From assembly GCA_030167145.1 (NCBI GenBank), contig CP126532.1:4675189-4739188 (forward strand): a DNA stretch of 64,000 bases. The letters run 5' to 3'. Positions 9,991 to 17,513 of this stretch are shown in pieces (the stretch's first letter is position 1; every line of letters starts with the position of its first letter). The notes below the pieces were generated by a model. It worked only from the letters and a program-made list of their open reading frames with translations. It ran no database searches and had not been told where the DNA came from. The translations under genes and the position numbers were made by a program. Origin of the DNA: Ktedonobacterales bacterium (GTDB lineage Bacteria > Chloroflexota > Ktedonobacteria > Ktedonobacterales > JADMIN01).

Positions 9991-11154
9991 TCAGTTCACC
10001 GCCGTAGCCACTGCCACGGCTCCCTGACGGGCCTGCCCGGCCCGGAGAATGTTTCTGGCCGCGTTCTCGTCGCGGTCCAGCACCAGCCCACACTGCGGAC
10101 AGATATGCGTGCGGACCGACAGGCTCTTTTCGATCCGTTCCGGGCAGTGCGTACCATCGGCCAACACCCCACTACAGTTTTGGCTGGTGTAGGCGGGTTC
10201 TATCGCAATCACCTGTTTACCGGCGCATGCTGCCTTGTACTCAAGTGTGGTACGAAATTGTGCCCAGCCCGCATCACTGATGCTCTTGGCGAGGCGATGA
10301 TTCCGTACCAGATTGCGGACCCGCAACTCTTCGAGATAGATCACATCATACTGGCGCACCAGCGCCAGCGCCGTCTTGTGATGGAAATCGCGCCGCTGGC
10401 GCTGCACCTTCTGATGCTTGCGCGCCAGCAACTTCACCGCCTTCTTGCGACGGTGGCTACCCTTCTTGCGGCGGGAGACACGGCGTTGAGCTTTCTTGAG
10501 ATCGCGTTCGGCTTTGCGGTAGTGGCGAGGGTTTTCCACAAACACTCCGTCTGCCGTCATAAGGAAGACGTTCAGCCCCACATCAATGCCGGTTTCCTTG
10601 CCGGTGAATGGCAACGGCTGGACCGGTGCCTCGGCGCACGAGAAACAGGCATACCAACCACCCGCTTCTTTGGAAACTGTGACGGTCTTGGGCATGCCAT
10701 GAAGTGGACGATGTACCCGGATGGGAATGCGGCCGATCTTCGACAGGCTTAGTAGGCTGCCATCAAGCACCGCGCCGTTGCCATACTGCGGGTAGGTGAA
10801 GGAGTGGTAGCGATTCTCTCCCTGGAAGCGCGGATAGCCCGGTGTCTCGCCGTGCTGCACCCGCCGGAAGAAGGCGGCAAACGTTTTGTCCAGCCGACGT
10901 AGCGCATCCTGCAACACCTGCGCGTTGACCTCAGTGTAGTCGGGACAAGCGGTTTTTAGGTCCGGCAACTCCGTCGCCTGTTGGTAGTACGTGGCGCTCT
11001 TGCCTTGGCCACGCTGCCACCACGTCTTGCGTTGTTCTAAGGCGATGTTGTAGAGCGTGCGGCACCGCGATAGGACTGTCTCCAGCGCCTGTGCTTGTGC
11101 TGGTGTGGGCATCAGTTGGTACTTGAACGTCTTGCGCACGCTCGTCACGGTCAC
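9991..11154 (-). CDS. tnpB: TnpB (OrfB_IS605) RNA-guided endonuclease
   Basis: N-terminus KTFKYQLMPTPAQAQALE. RuvC-like acidic residues in TGIDVGLN, VIYLEEL and DRDENAARNI. A Cys-rich zinc-ribbon (CSG..HCP...CPQCG) is present. The GTG start overlaps the upstream stop (GTGA). Confidence 0.9.
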   Translation of the reverse strand: MTVTSVRKTFKYQLMPTPAQAQALETVLSRCRTLYNIALEQRKTWWQRGQGKSATYYQQATELPDLKTACPDYTEVNAQVLQDALRRLDKTFAAFFRRVQHGETPGYPRFQGENRYHSFTYPQYGNGAVLDGSLLSLSKIGRIPIRVHRPLHGMPKTVTVSKEAGGWYACFSCAEAPVQPLPFTGKETGIDVGLNVFLMTADGVFVENPRHYRKAERDLKKAQRRVSRRKKGSHRRKKAVKLLARKHQKVQRQRRDFHHKTALALVRQYDVIYLEELRVRNLVRNHRLAKSISDAGWAQFRTTLEYKAACAGKQVIAIEPAYTSQNCSGVLADGTHCPERIEKSLSVRTHICPQCGLVLDRDENAARNILRAGQARQGAVAVATAVN

Positions 11155-11333
11155 GGCTCTATCGCTCGCTTCTCTCCCGCCTGTTTTTGCTGGCGGGCAA
11201 TGTACTCACGGATGGCTCGAACCAATTCTCCGTTTAGCGAACGGTCATTCTCGCGGGCCAAGCGTTTCATCATGTTGGCAATATCAGCCGAAATGCGCAG
11301 GGTGATTTTGACGTCTTCATACTTCTTGTCCAT
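11151..11333 (-). CDS. Ribbon-helix-helix (Arc/CopG/MetJ-type) DNA-binding protein
   Basis: The 60-aa sequence has a beta-strand-like KITLRISADI followed by two helices (ANMMKRLARENDRSLNGELVRAIREYI). Its stop overlaps the tnpB start. Confidence 0.75.
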   Translation of the reverse strand: MDKKYEDVKITLRISADIANMMKRLARENDRSLNGELVRAIREYIARQQKQAGEKRAIEP

Positions 11334-11339
11334 GACGGT

Positions 11340-11368
11340 ATTCTACCATCAGTACAAGGTCATAACAA
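11340..11368 (-). promoter_or_regulatory. Sigma-70-type promoter (TTGTTA-17 nt-TAGAAT) placed 6 nt before the RHH ATG; implies a leaderless mRNA
   Basis: The minus strand reads cTTGTTAtgaccttgtactgatggTAGAATaccgtcATG. There is no SD between the -10 and the ATG. Confidence 0.45.
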
Positions 11369-11854
11369 GAAGTAGACTCTTCGTGGCCTGTACGGGCTAT
11401 CTGGCGTTCATCCTTTACCGAAAGGGAGGCGTTCTCAGCCGATTTCTTCGATAGCATCAGCGCGCTATGATGAAGTGGGCGCTGCTCGCGGCCATCAATG
11501 GCCGATGCACAGACGACCTGGGCCGTAAACGGCCTTCAAGCCACCAGCGTTTGTGCTCCGGCCCTTGAGAGCCGAGAACTCGCCCGTGCTCCGGCCTACA
11601 GCAACGGCCATAGACGTGACCGCCATTGCCGGTGGGCCGTCTAACAAACGACGTGTATTTCAGGTACGAGGATGTGCTGGCCTGGGTTGTGCTGAGCAAA
11701 GATGCTCGTGCGATTGTGAGGCTTTCGCGCCAGACGCGGCTGCCTTTTCATAAAAACCATCCATTTCATAGTACGTATCCGCTCGAAACTCCATCCCTGC
11801 CTCATGTGATAGACGAGACAGAGGAAGAAGGAGGCAGCGGAAGAGGGTAGTATT

Positions 11855-13645
11855 GTGGCAGACAGCGACGAGCAAGGAACCCCGCAGCTAGAACGCACCA
11901 CCGAACCGGCGAGCGCGCCACGCAAGAATGGCGCGACCCCGACACGCCGCACCGCGACGCGCGCCAGCACCGCGGCGAATGCTACCGGCGCTAAGCGCAG
12001 CGCCGCCAGCGCCGCCAGCGCCAGCCCGCCCAAAGCGCCCGCGAAAACCGCCGCCAAAACGTCCACTCGCGCGACACCGAAATCTGGCGCGTTGGATGCC
12101 GCACCCGATATGCAGACCAGTACAGCAGCGCCCCCTACGCCAGCCGCCGCACCGCGCCGCACACGCGCGACGACGACCCGCGCGACGACGACCCGCGCCA
12201 ACACGAGCGCCAGCGTTGCCGAGCTGTCGGTGAGCGATGACGTTTCGGCTGCCGTGGCGCCTGAGATGGGCATTGCGCGGGAAGCCGCCGCGACGCTTGC
12301 GCCACCGACCGCCAATATCGCGGAACTGCGCCGCCCGCGCTCGATGGGTGGCATCTCGCCGGAGAATACGGTCTTCGTCTCGCTCAGCTTCGAGGGGCCA
12401 GACATCTATTCCGCCGCTGGTGGCCTGGGCACGCGCGTCACCGAATTCACCGAATCGCTGGCTGGGCTGGGCTATGAGACGCACCTGATCTTCGTCGGCG
12501 ACCCCACCAAGCCCGCCGTCGAAACGGCGATCAACGGTAAGCTCTACCTCAAACGTTGGAGCCAGTGGATCAGCCAGTATTATCTCAACGGCGTCTACGA
12601 CGGCGAGGAGCAGAAGCTCTACGACTACAACGAATCCGTGCCCTATCACGTCTACGAGCAGATCGTCGCCCCCGCCGTGGCCCAGGGCAAGATGGTCGTC
12701 GTCATCGGCGAAGACTGGCAGACCGCCGAAACTATCTGCCGCCTCTCCGACTTGCTGCACTGGCACAGCCAGCGACACCGCTGCATCCTGATGTGGAACT
12801 GCAACAGCCTGATGTCGCTGCATCGCATCAACTGGGGTCGCCTCAATTTCTGCGCGTCCATCACCACCGTCAGCCGCTACATGAAGCAGCGCCTCTGGCA
12901 GTACAACGTCAATCCGCTGGTCATCCCCAACGGCATCCCCAGTCGCTATCTGGAACAGGTAGATTCGCAACAGATCGCCGAACTGCGCGCGATCATGCAG
13001 CACGGCGACCCCGACCGCCTCTTCCTGTTCAAGATTGGCCGCTTCGACCCCGACAAACGCTGGCTGATGGCGATTGAGGCGGCGGCGCGGCTGAAGTACA
13101 GCGGGCATCCCATCTCGATGGTGATTCGCGGCGGCATCGAGCCACACGGCGGCGAAGTGCTGAACCGCGCCCGCTACCTTGGCCTGAATGTCCGCGACAT
13201 TGAAGCGCGCCGCCCCTCGCTGGAAGAGTGCATGACGCTGATGCGCGAGGCGGGTGAGGCCGACATCTATAACCTGCGCTTCTTCGTTCCCGCTGAGTTT
13301 GTGCGCGCCTGCTATGCCGCCGCCGATGCGACGCTGGCCAATAGCGGCCACGAGCCGTTCGGCCTGGTGGGGCTAGAGGTGATGGCTGCCGGTGGCATCG
13401 CCTTCACCGGCTCTACTGGCGAGGATTACGCGGTGTCGTTTGAGAATGCTGTGGCGCTGGAGACGGATGACGCCGAGGAGATTGTCGGCTATCTGCTGCA
13501 CATGATGCGCCATCCCGAAGAGCGCGCGAAGATCACCAGCGCGGGCACGCGCACGGCGAGCGAGTTCACCTGGGAAGAAGTGATAGATAACCTGATTGGC
13601 AAGGTGGGCTATCTTGCCCGCAAGCAGAACATCGTTCTCGCGTAG
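11855..13645 (+). CDS. GT4-family glycosyltransferase (glycogen/sucrose-synthase-like) with about 180-aa Ala/Thr/Pro/Arg-rich N-terminal extension
   Basis: The catalytic part starts at VFVSLSFEGPDIYSAAGGLGTRV. The C-terminal half has the GT-B motif (EPFGLVGLEVMAAG). GTG start after GGAGG. Confidence 0.8.
   Translation: MADSDEQGTPQLERTTEPASAPRKNGATPTRRTATRASTAANATGAKRSAASAASASPPKAPAKTAAKTSTRATPKSGALDAAPDMQTSTAAPPTPAAAPRRTRATTTRATTTRANTSASVAELSVSDDVSAAVAPEMGIAREAAATLAPPTANIAELRRPRSMGGISPENTVFVSLSFEGPDIYSAAGGLGTRVTEFTESLAGLGYETHLIFVGDPTKPAVETAINGKLYLKRWSQWISQYYLNGVYDGEEQKLYDYNESVPYHVYEQIVAPAVAQGKMVVVIGEDWQTAETICRLSDLLHWHSQRHRCILMWNCNSLMSLHRINWGRLNFCASITTVSRYMKQRLWQYNVNPLVIPNGIPSRYLEQVDSQQIAELRAIMQHGDPDRLFLFKIGRFDPDKRWLMAIEAAARLKYSGHPISMVIRGGIEPHGGEVLNRARYLGLNVRDIEARRPSLEECMTLMREAGEADIYNLRFFVPAEFVRACYAAADATLANSGHEPFGLVGLEVMAAGGIAFTGSTGEDYAVSFENAVALETDDAEEIVGYLLHMMRHPEERAKITSAGTRTASEFTWEEVIDNLIGKVGYLARKQNIVLA
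12164..12199 (+). repeat. Perfect 15-nt tandem repeat (CGCGCGACGACGACC x2.4) inside the GT4 N-terminal extension
   Basis: It encodes TRATTTRATTTRA. It is an in-frame coding low-complexity repeat. Confidence 0.9.
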
Positions 13646-13661
13646 GAAACCTACCCCCAAC

Positions 13662-13702
13662 CCCCTCCCTGCGAGGGAAGGGGAGCGCAGAGGTGCTGCG
13701 CT
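13662..13702 (+). terminator. Two adjacent GC-rich stem-loops after the GT4 gene (possible terminator or processing site)
   Basis: CCCCTCCCT-GCG-AGGGAAGGGG, then AGCGCAG-AGGTG-CTGCGCT. No clear U-run follows. Confidence 0.35.
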
Positions 13703-13781
13703 TCGCTTGCCCTACGAACGCTGCTGGGCAGAGGGGTCGTTCATCGCTATCCGTTGCATGCTTCGCGGCAGGAACTTTCCC

Positions 13782-15173
13782 ATGGCTACCGAGGTTATCA
13801 TCTACACCGTCGTCCATCAGCCACGGCGCGTCAAGCTGCCAGCGCAGCCCATTCCCGAGGGCGCGGGCATCGAAGACATCGTGCGCTGCGCCTTCGACGA
13901 GCGCATGAATGAGCGCTACTTCCGCAAGGTCGCCAACACCTGTTACTACCCCGCGACGGAGAGCTTTCTGCGACTGGTGCGCGCGGGGATGAAGCTTTCT
14001 ATCGGCTTCTCGGTCTCGTTTCTGCGCCAGGCGGAGCAGTGGGATCCGGCGCTCCTGGCGCGGTTCCAGGAGTTGGTGGCCGAGCCGAATGTGGAGCTGG
14101 TGGGGGTCGAGCCGTACCACAGCTTCCTCTTCTTGCTGGATCTGCCCCACTTCATCGAGCGGATGCGCTGGATGGGTGAGGAGTTGTACCGTGTCTTCGG
14201 CAAGCGCCCGCGCATCACCGATACCACGGAGATGTGCATGTCGGCCTCGCTCTACGATGCCATTGAAGCGGCGGGCTTCGATGCGGGGCTGCTGGACGGC
14301 CGCCCGTGGGTGCTGGACTGGCGCGAGCCAACGCACCTGTATCATTACGGCGGCCCGACGCGGCTCTTCTGCCGCCACTATGACCTCAGCGACGACGTGG
14401 GGTATCGCTTCTCAAACCAGGGATGGTCGAACTGGCCGCTGACCGCTAGCCGCTATGCCGAGTGGCTGCGCGAAGCCTGGGGCGAGTTCGTTTTCATCGG
14501 CTGGGATTTCGAGACGTTCGGCGAGCACCATCGCCAGGATAGCGGCATCTTCGAATTTCTGGACCACCTGCCCGGTGAACTGTATCATCGTGGTGCGCGG
14601 TTTATGACGCCGAGCGAGGCGCTCGACGCCTTTGGCGACACGACGTATCATCTGCCGCTGCCGGTCTTCCCGACGACCTGGGCGGGCACGGGCAGTATGG
14701 ACTTCTTCCTGGGCAACGCGGCGCAGCAGGCGATCCTGCAATTGATGATCCATACCTATGGCGTCGCACGGCTGACGGAGCAGCCGGAACTGCTGGACCT
14801 GGCGTGCTGGCTGGCGCAGTCGGATAATCTGCACCTGATCCAGTGGTTTGGGCGCGCAGGCCCAGAGGCGGAGGTGTCGTCGTACTTCACGCCGCGCGAA
14901 TGGTGGGACATCGGCGGGAACAACATCATCGTGGAGCAGCAGCGCGTCTATACCAATGTGCTGCGCGCGATGGAGCCGCACCTGCCCGCTCGTGCTGGGA
15001 TGCGTGCTGGCATGCGCCCCGAAGCCGCGCCGCGCGCCAATGGACGTGACGGACGCAGACGCCGTGAGCAGCGCCTGGAGTCCCACGTGGAGTCCCACGC
15101 GGAGCCGCTCTACGTTGCCGCCCATCGCGAGTTGGCGCAGCGTGAGCCGCTGGGTATCGAGGCGCGCTACTGA
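13782..15173 (+). CDS. Glycoside hydrolase family 57 protein (alpha-amylase/branching-enzyme-like)
   Basis: The N-terminus MATEVIIYTVVHQPRR ... ERYFRKVANTCYYP ... GWDFETFGEHH is typical of GH57. I chose the ATG at 13782 rather than 13596, which would overlap the upstream gene and hairpins. Confidence 0.85.
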   Translation: MATEVIIYTVVHQPRRVKLPAQPIPEGAGIEDIVRCAFDERMNERYFRKVANTCYYPATESFLRLVRAGMKLSIGFSVSFLRQAEQWDPALLARFQELVAEPNVELVGVEPYHSFLFLLDLPHFIERMRWMGEELYRVFGKRPRITDTTEMCMSASLYDAIEAAGFDAGLLDGRPWVLDWREPTHLYHYGGPTRLFCRHYDLSDDVGYRFSNQGWSNWPLTASRYAEWLREAWGEFVFIGWDFETFGEHHRQDSGIFEFLDHLPGELYHRGARFMTPSEALDAFGDTTYHLPLPVFPTTWAGTGSMDFFLGNAAQQAILQLMIHTYGVARLTEQPELLDLACWLAQSDNLHLIQWFGRAGPEAEVSSYFTPREWWDIGGNNIIVEQQRVYTNVLRAMEPHLPARAGMRAGMRPEAAPRANGRDGRRRREQRLESHVESHAEPLYVAAHRELAQREPLGIEARY

Positions 15174-15214
15174 CTAGCAACGAAAAGCCACAATGGCCTG
15201 TCCCACTACCGTGT

Positions 15215-16081
15215 CTACCCGCGCAATATCGGGCGTGTGAGGCAGGTCGGGCCGCCCTCGGCCTTCAGCGAGATCTCATTGCCGCGATACGTCGCCACGC
15301 GGCAGCCCGCCGCTTCGAGCTGGCGCTGGGTAACGGGGTTGCCTTCTAGCATCACGCAGTCGCCAGGAGCCAGCGCCAGCACATTCGGCCCCATCGTCGC
15401 GAACTCCGCTTCAGGCGCCACGACAAAGCGGAAGCCGCGCCGCTCCAACTCTTGCCAGAAGGGCACTGCCAGCAGCGGCGGATAGACCACCGCCAGCCGC
15501 TCATCCACGATGCTGATCAGCGAGAGCAGGTGCAGGCAGGCTTCGGGTCCAGCGAAATACGGCAACTCAACCGGTATCACTGCCACACCCAGTGGTTCCA
15601 GCGCCGCGCGCAGTTGGCGCAGCCCCTCGGCGTTGGTGCGGAAGCCCTGCCCCACCGCCAGCGTGTCGTGATCTACCCACAGCAGATCGCCGCCCTCGGC
15701 TCGCGCCTCGCCCTCTAGCGTCGCCAGCACCGGCACGCCCAGCGCCGCGAAGCGCCGCGCCATCACCGCCTCTTCGCCGCGCCGTTGTGGCTTGCCCATT
15801 GCCAGCATGATCGCGCCCTCGTCTGTCACCAGCGCCGGATCGAAGGTGAAGATCGCATCCGCGCGCTCCGGCTGGGCTTCATCGAGATACTGCACCTCCG
15901 CGCCGCCCGCGCGCAGCAGCGCCACCAGGCCATCGTGCTCGCGCTGCGCCGCATCCAGATCGGGCCGCGCGGTATAGTGCCACGCCGCCGCATCCTCCAC
16001 CGCGAATGCCGCATCTGGCCGCCGCACCAACACCGACCGCAGCGGCGCGATCATACTCTGGCTTCCGTAGCTTCGCGTCAT
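15215..16081 (-). CDS. Amidinotransferase/dimethylarginine dimethylaminohydrolase (guanidino-group modifying enzyme superfamily)
   Basis: Length about 288 aa, LRSVLVRRP near the N-terminus, and a C-terminal catalytic-Cys context EGGPTCLTRPI. Confidence 0.75.
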   Translation of the reverse strand: MTRSYGSQSMIAPLRSVLVRRPDAAFAVEDAAAWHYTARPDLDAAQREHDGLVALLRAGGAEVQYLDEAQPERADAIFTFDPALVTDEGAIMLAMGKPQRRGEEAVMARRFAALGVPVLATLEGEARAEGGDLLWVDHDTLAVGQGFRTNAEGLRQLRAALEPLGVAVIPVELPYFAGPEACLHLLSLISIVDERLAVVYPPLLAVPFWQELERRGFRFVVAPEAEFATMGPNVLALAPGDCVMLEGNPVTQRQLEAAGCRVATYRGNEISLKAEGGPTCLTRPILRG

Positions 16082-16256
16082 GGTGGCCCTCCTGCTCTGC
16101 TAGCCCTTCCCGCGCAGATGTGCGGGGTGAGGTCTTCCGCGTTCCACGCCAGAGAGCGTATCATAGAACCAACGGGAAGCGTGGGATAGCCGAAGTGGCT
16201 GTGTGGCTTGTACCTGAGCATGTCCCCTGATACCATACGCTGAAACATGGCACTGC

Positions 16257-16280
16257 TTGCCATAATGTTTTGCCATAATG
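16257..16280 (+). promoter_or_regulatory. Duplicated extended -10-like element (TTGCCATAATG x2, 13-nt period)
   Basis: TGCCATAAT occurs at 16258-16266 and 16271-16279, 37-50 nt upstream of the ATG at 16316. Confidence 0.35.
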
Positions 16281-16315
16281 GTGCGGGTGTACGCGCTGGA
16301 ACAGGAAGTGGTCCG

Positions 16316-17107
16316 ATGGCGGACGAAGGTGGCGAGCGTAGCGAGCGAATAAGCGCGCCGATTCTCGAATTCGATGATACCCCACAAGCCGTCTTGGAGC
16401 CGAAGAAGCTCATCAAGCCACGCGATGTGCCAGAGCATGCCGTGGTGTGCTTCTTTCAGGAGGTGATTGCCCATCTCACCCAGGAGCACGGCGCGCATGT
16501 CATCAAGCATCTCCGCAGCGAGATCGGCGTCCATCCTGTGTATGAGATGGAACTGGACGGCAAACGGCTCGCGGTCTTCCATCCTGGCGTGGGCGCGCCG
16601 CTGGCGGCAGCGATGCTCGAAGAGGTGATCGCGCTCGGCTGCCGCACATTCATCGGCTGCGGCGGCGCGGGGGTGCTGGATAGCGAGATCGCCGTCGGCC
16701 ATGTGCTGGTGCCCGCGCGCGCCATTCGCGACGAAGGTACCTCGTACCACTATTTGCCACCAGGGCGCGAGGTCGCCGCCGACCCCGACGCCGTCTCGGC
16801 CATCGAAGCAGTGCTGAAGAGCCGCGACGTGGAATACTTCATCACCAAGACCTGGACCACCGACGCGATCTACCGCGAGACCCCTGGCAAGGTGCGCCGC
16901 CGCCGCGATGAAGGCTGCCTGGCGGTGGAGATGGAGGCCGCCGCGTTCTTCGCCGTCGCGCGGTTCCGTGGCGTGCGCTTTGCCCAACTGCTCTATGGCG
17001 GCGATGATGTGAGCGCCAGCGAATGGGACTCACGTGGTTGGAATGGGCATACTACCGCTCGCGAAAAGCTCTTCTGGCTGGCCGCCGAGGCCTGCCTCTC
17101 GTTATAG
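16316..17107 (+). CDS. Nucleoside phosphorylase family protein (PNP_UDP_1, uridine/purine nucleoside phosphorylase-like)
   Basis: GVGAPLAAAMLEE, GGAGVL and the diagnostic VEMEAAAFFAVA motif. The start at 16316 is preferred because the -10-like elements lie downstream of the alternative ATG at 16247. Confidence 0.8.
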   Translation: MADEGGERSERISAPILEFDDTPQAVLEPKKLIKPRDVPEHAVVCFFQEVIAHLTQEHGAHVIKHLRSEIGVHPVYEMELDGKRLAVFHPGVGAPLAAAMLEEVIALGCRTFIGCGGAGVLDSEIAVGHVLVPARAIRDEGTSYHYLPPGREVAADPDAVSAIEAVLKSRDVEYFITKTWTTDAIYRETPGKVRRRRDEGCLAVEMEAAAFFAVARFRGVRFAQLLYGGDDVSASEWDSRGWNGHTTAREKLFWLAAEACLSL

Positions 17108-17136
17108 AATGCCCGTAGAATAGACAGAAATCTCGC

Positions 17137-17166
17137 TGGACGGCTCTACCACGGCACACGTATAAT
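17137..17166 (+). promoter_or_regulatory. Candidate promoter TGGACG-18 nt-TATAAT
   Basis: A perfect TATAAT at 17161-17166 and a 4/6 -35 match. It lies 70 nt upstream of the small ORF at 17236. Confidence 0.3.
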
Positions 17167-17235
17167 GCCGCCATGGCAGCCCCCACGAGGCTGGTTCGTG
17201 GGATATGCCGCCACACAGTGAAATGGAGGCCCACT

Positions 17236-17307
17236 ATGGGTGATAAAAGCCCGAAGAACAAAGAAAAGCGGAAGCCCAAGAAAGCCGCACCGGCCAAGAA
17301 GCCGTAG
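17236..17307 (+). CDS. Candidate 23-aa lysine-rich peptide (MGDKSPKNKEKRKPKKAAPAKKP)
   Basis: GGAGG lies 8 nt upstream of the ATG. It is below the size cut-off of the ORF track. No homology was recognised. Confidence 0.35.
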   Translation: MGDKSPKNKEKRKPKKAAPAKKP

Positions 17308-17513
17308 GAGCGCCAGCCCTGCGTATTCTTGCACTGGTGAGAGGCCACATCACTGGACTTCACGGTTTCGGCGGCGTCCAGGCGCGTGGCGGCAACGTGT
17401 ACGTAGCCTATCGTACATTGGCCGCTGCAAAGGGGCGCCGCTCTCTGCGTGGTGGTCCGCGCTCTCCATGCGTTCATCGCGCGTCCGTACCCCGGCTGTA
17501 GTGAGGCTTAACT

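Larger units (their letters stand above)
9960..11440 (-). mobile_element. IS200/IS605-family (IS1341-like, TnpA-less) element carrying RHH + tnpB; boundaries approximate
   Basis: A TnpB gene plus an upstream coupled small gene. Similar hairpin-containing sequences in the same orientation flank the unit (9967-9994 and 11408-11438), as expected for IS200/IS605 subterminal ends. The exact ends were not determined. Confidence 0.45.

Noticed and set aside
9640-10752. 370-aa plus-strand ORF spanning the FAD oxidoreductase start and tnpB
   Set aside because: It is antisense to two genes with clear family motifs and crosses an intergenic region. No recognisable domains.
12164-12199. Tandem 15-nt repeat considered as a possible non-coding repeat or CRISPR-like unit
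   Set aside because: There are only 2.4 copies with no spacers. It is in frame inside a coding low-complexity region.
11888-13351. 487-aa minus-strand ORF (plus the 254-aa ORF at 11641-12405)
   Set aside because: It is antisense to the GT4 glycosyltransferase, with low-complexity Arg/Gly/Ala composition.
16100-16987. 295-aa minus-strand ORF
   Set aside because: It is antisense to the nucleoside phosphorylase gene, which has the EMEAAA motif.
17052-17477. 141-aa minus-strand ORF filling the gap between the nucleoside phosphorylase and M50 protease genes
   Set aside because: It has no SD and an odd composition, and it overlaps the 3' end of the phosphorylase gene. It is probably a chance ORF. 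The small plus-strand peptide ORF is a better, though still weak, candidate.
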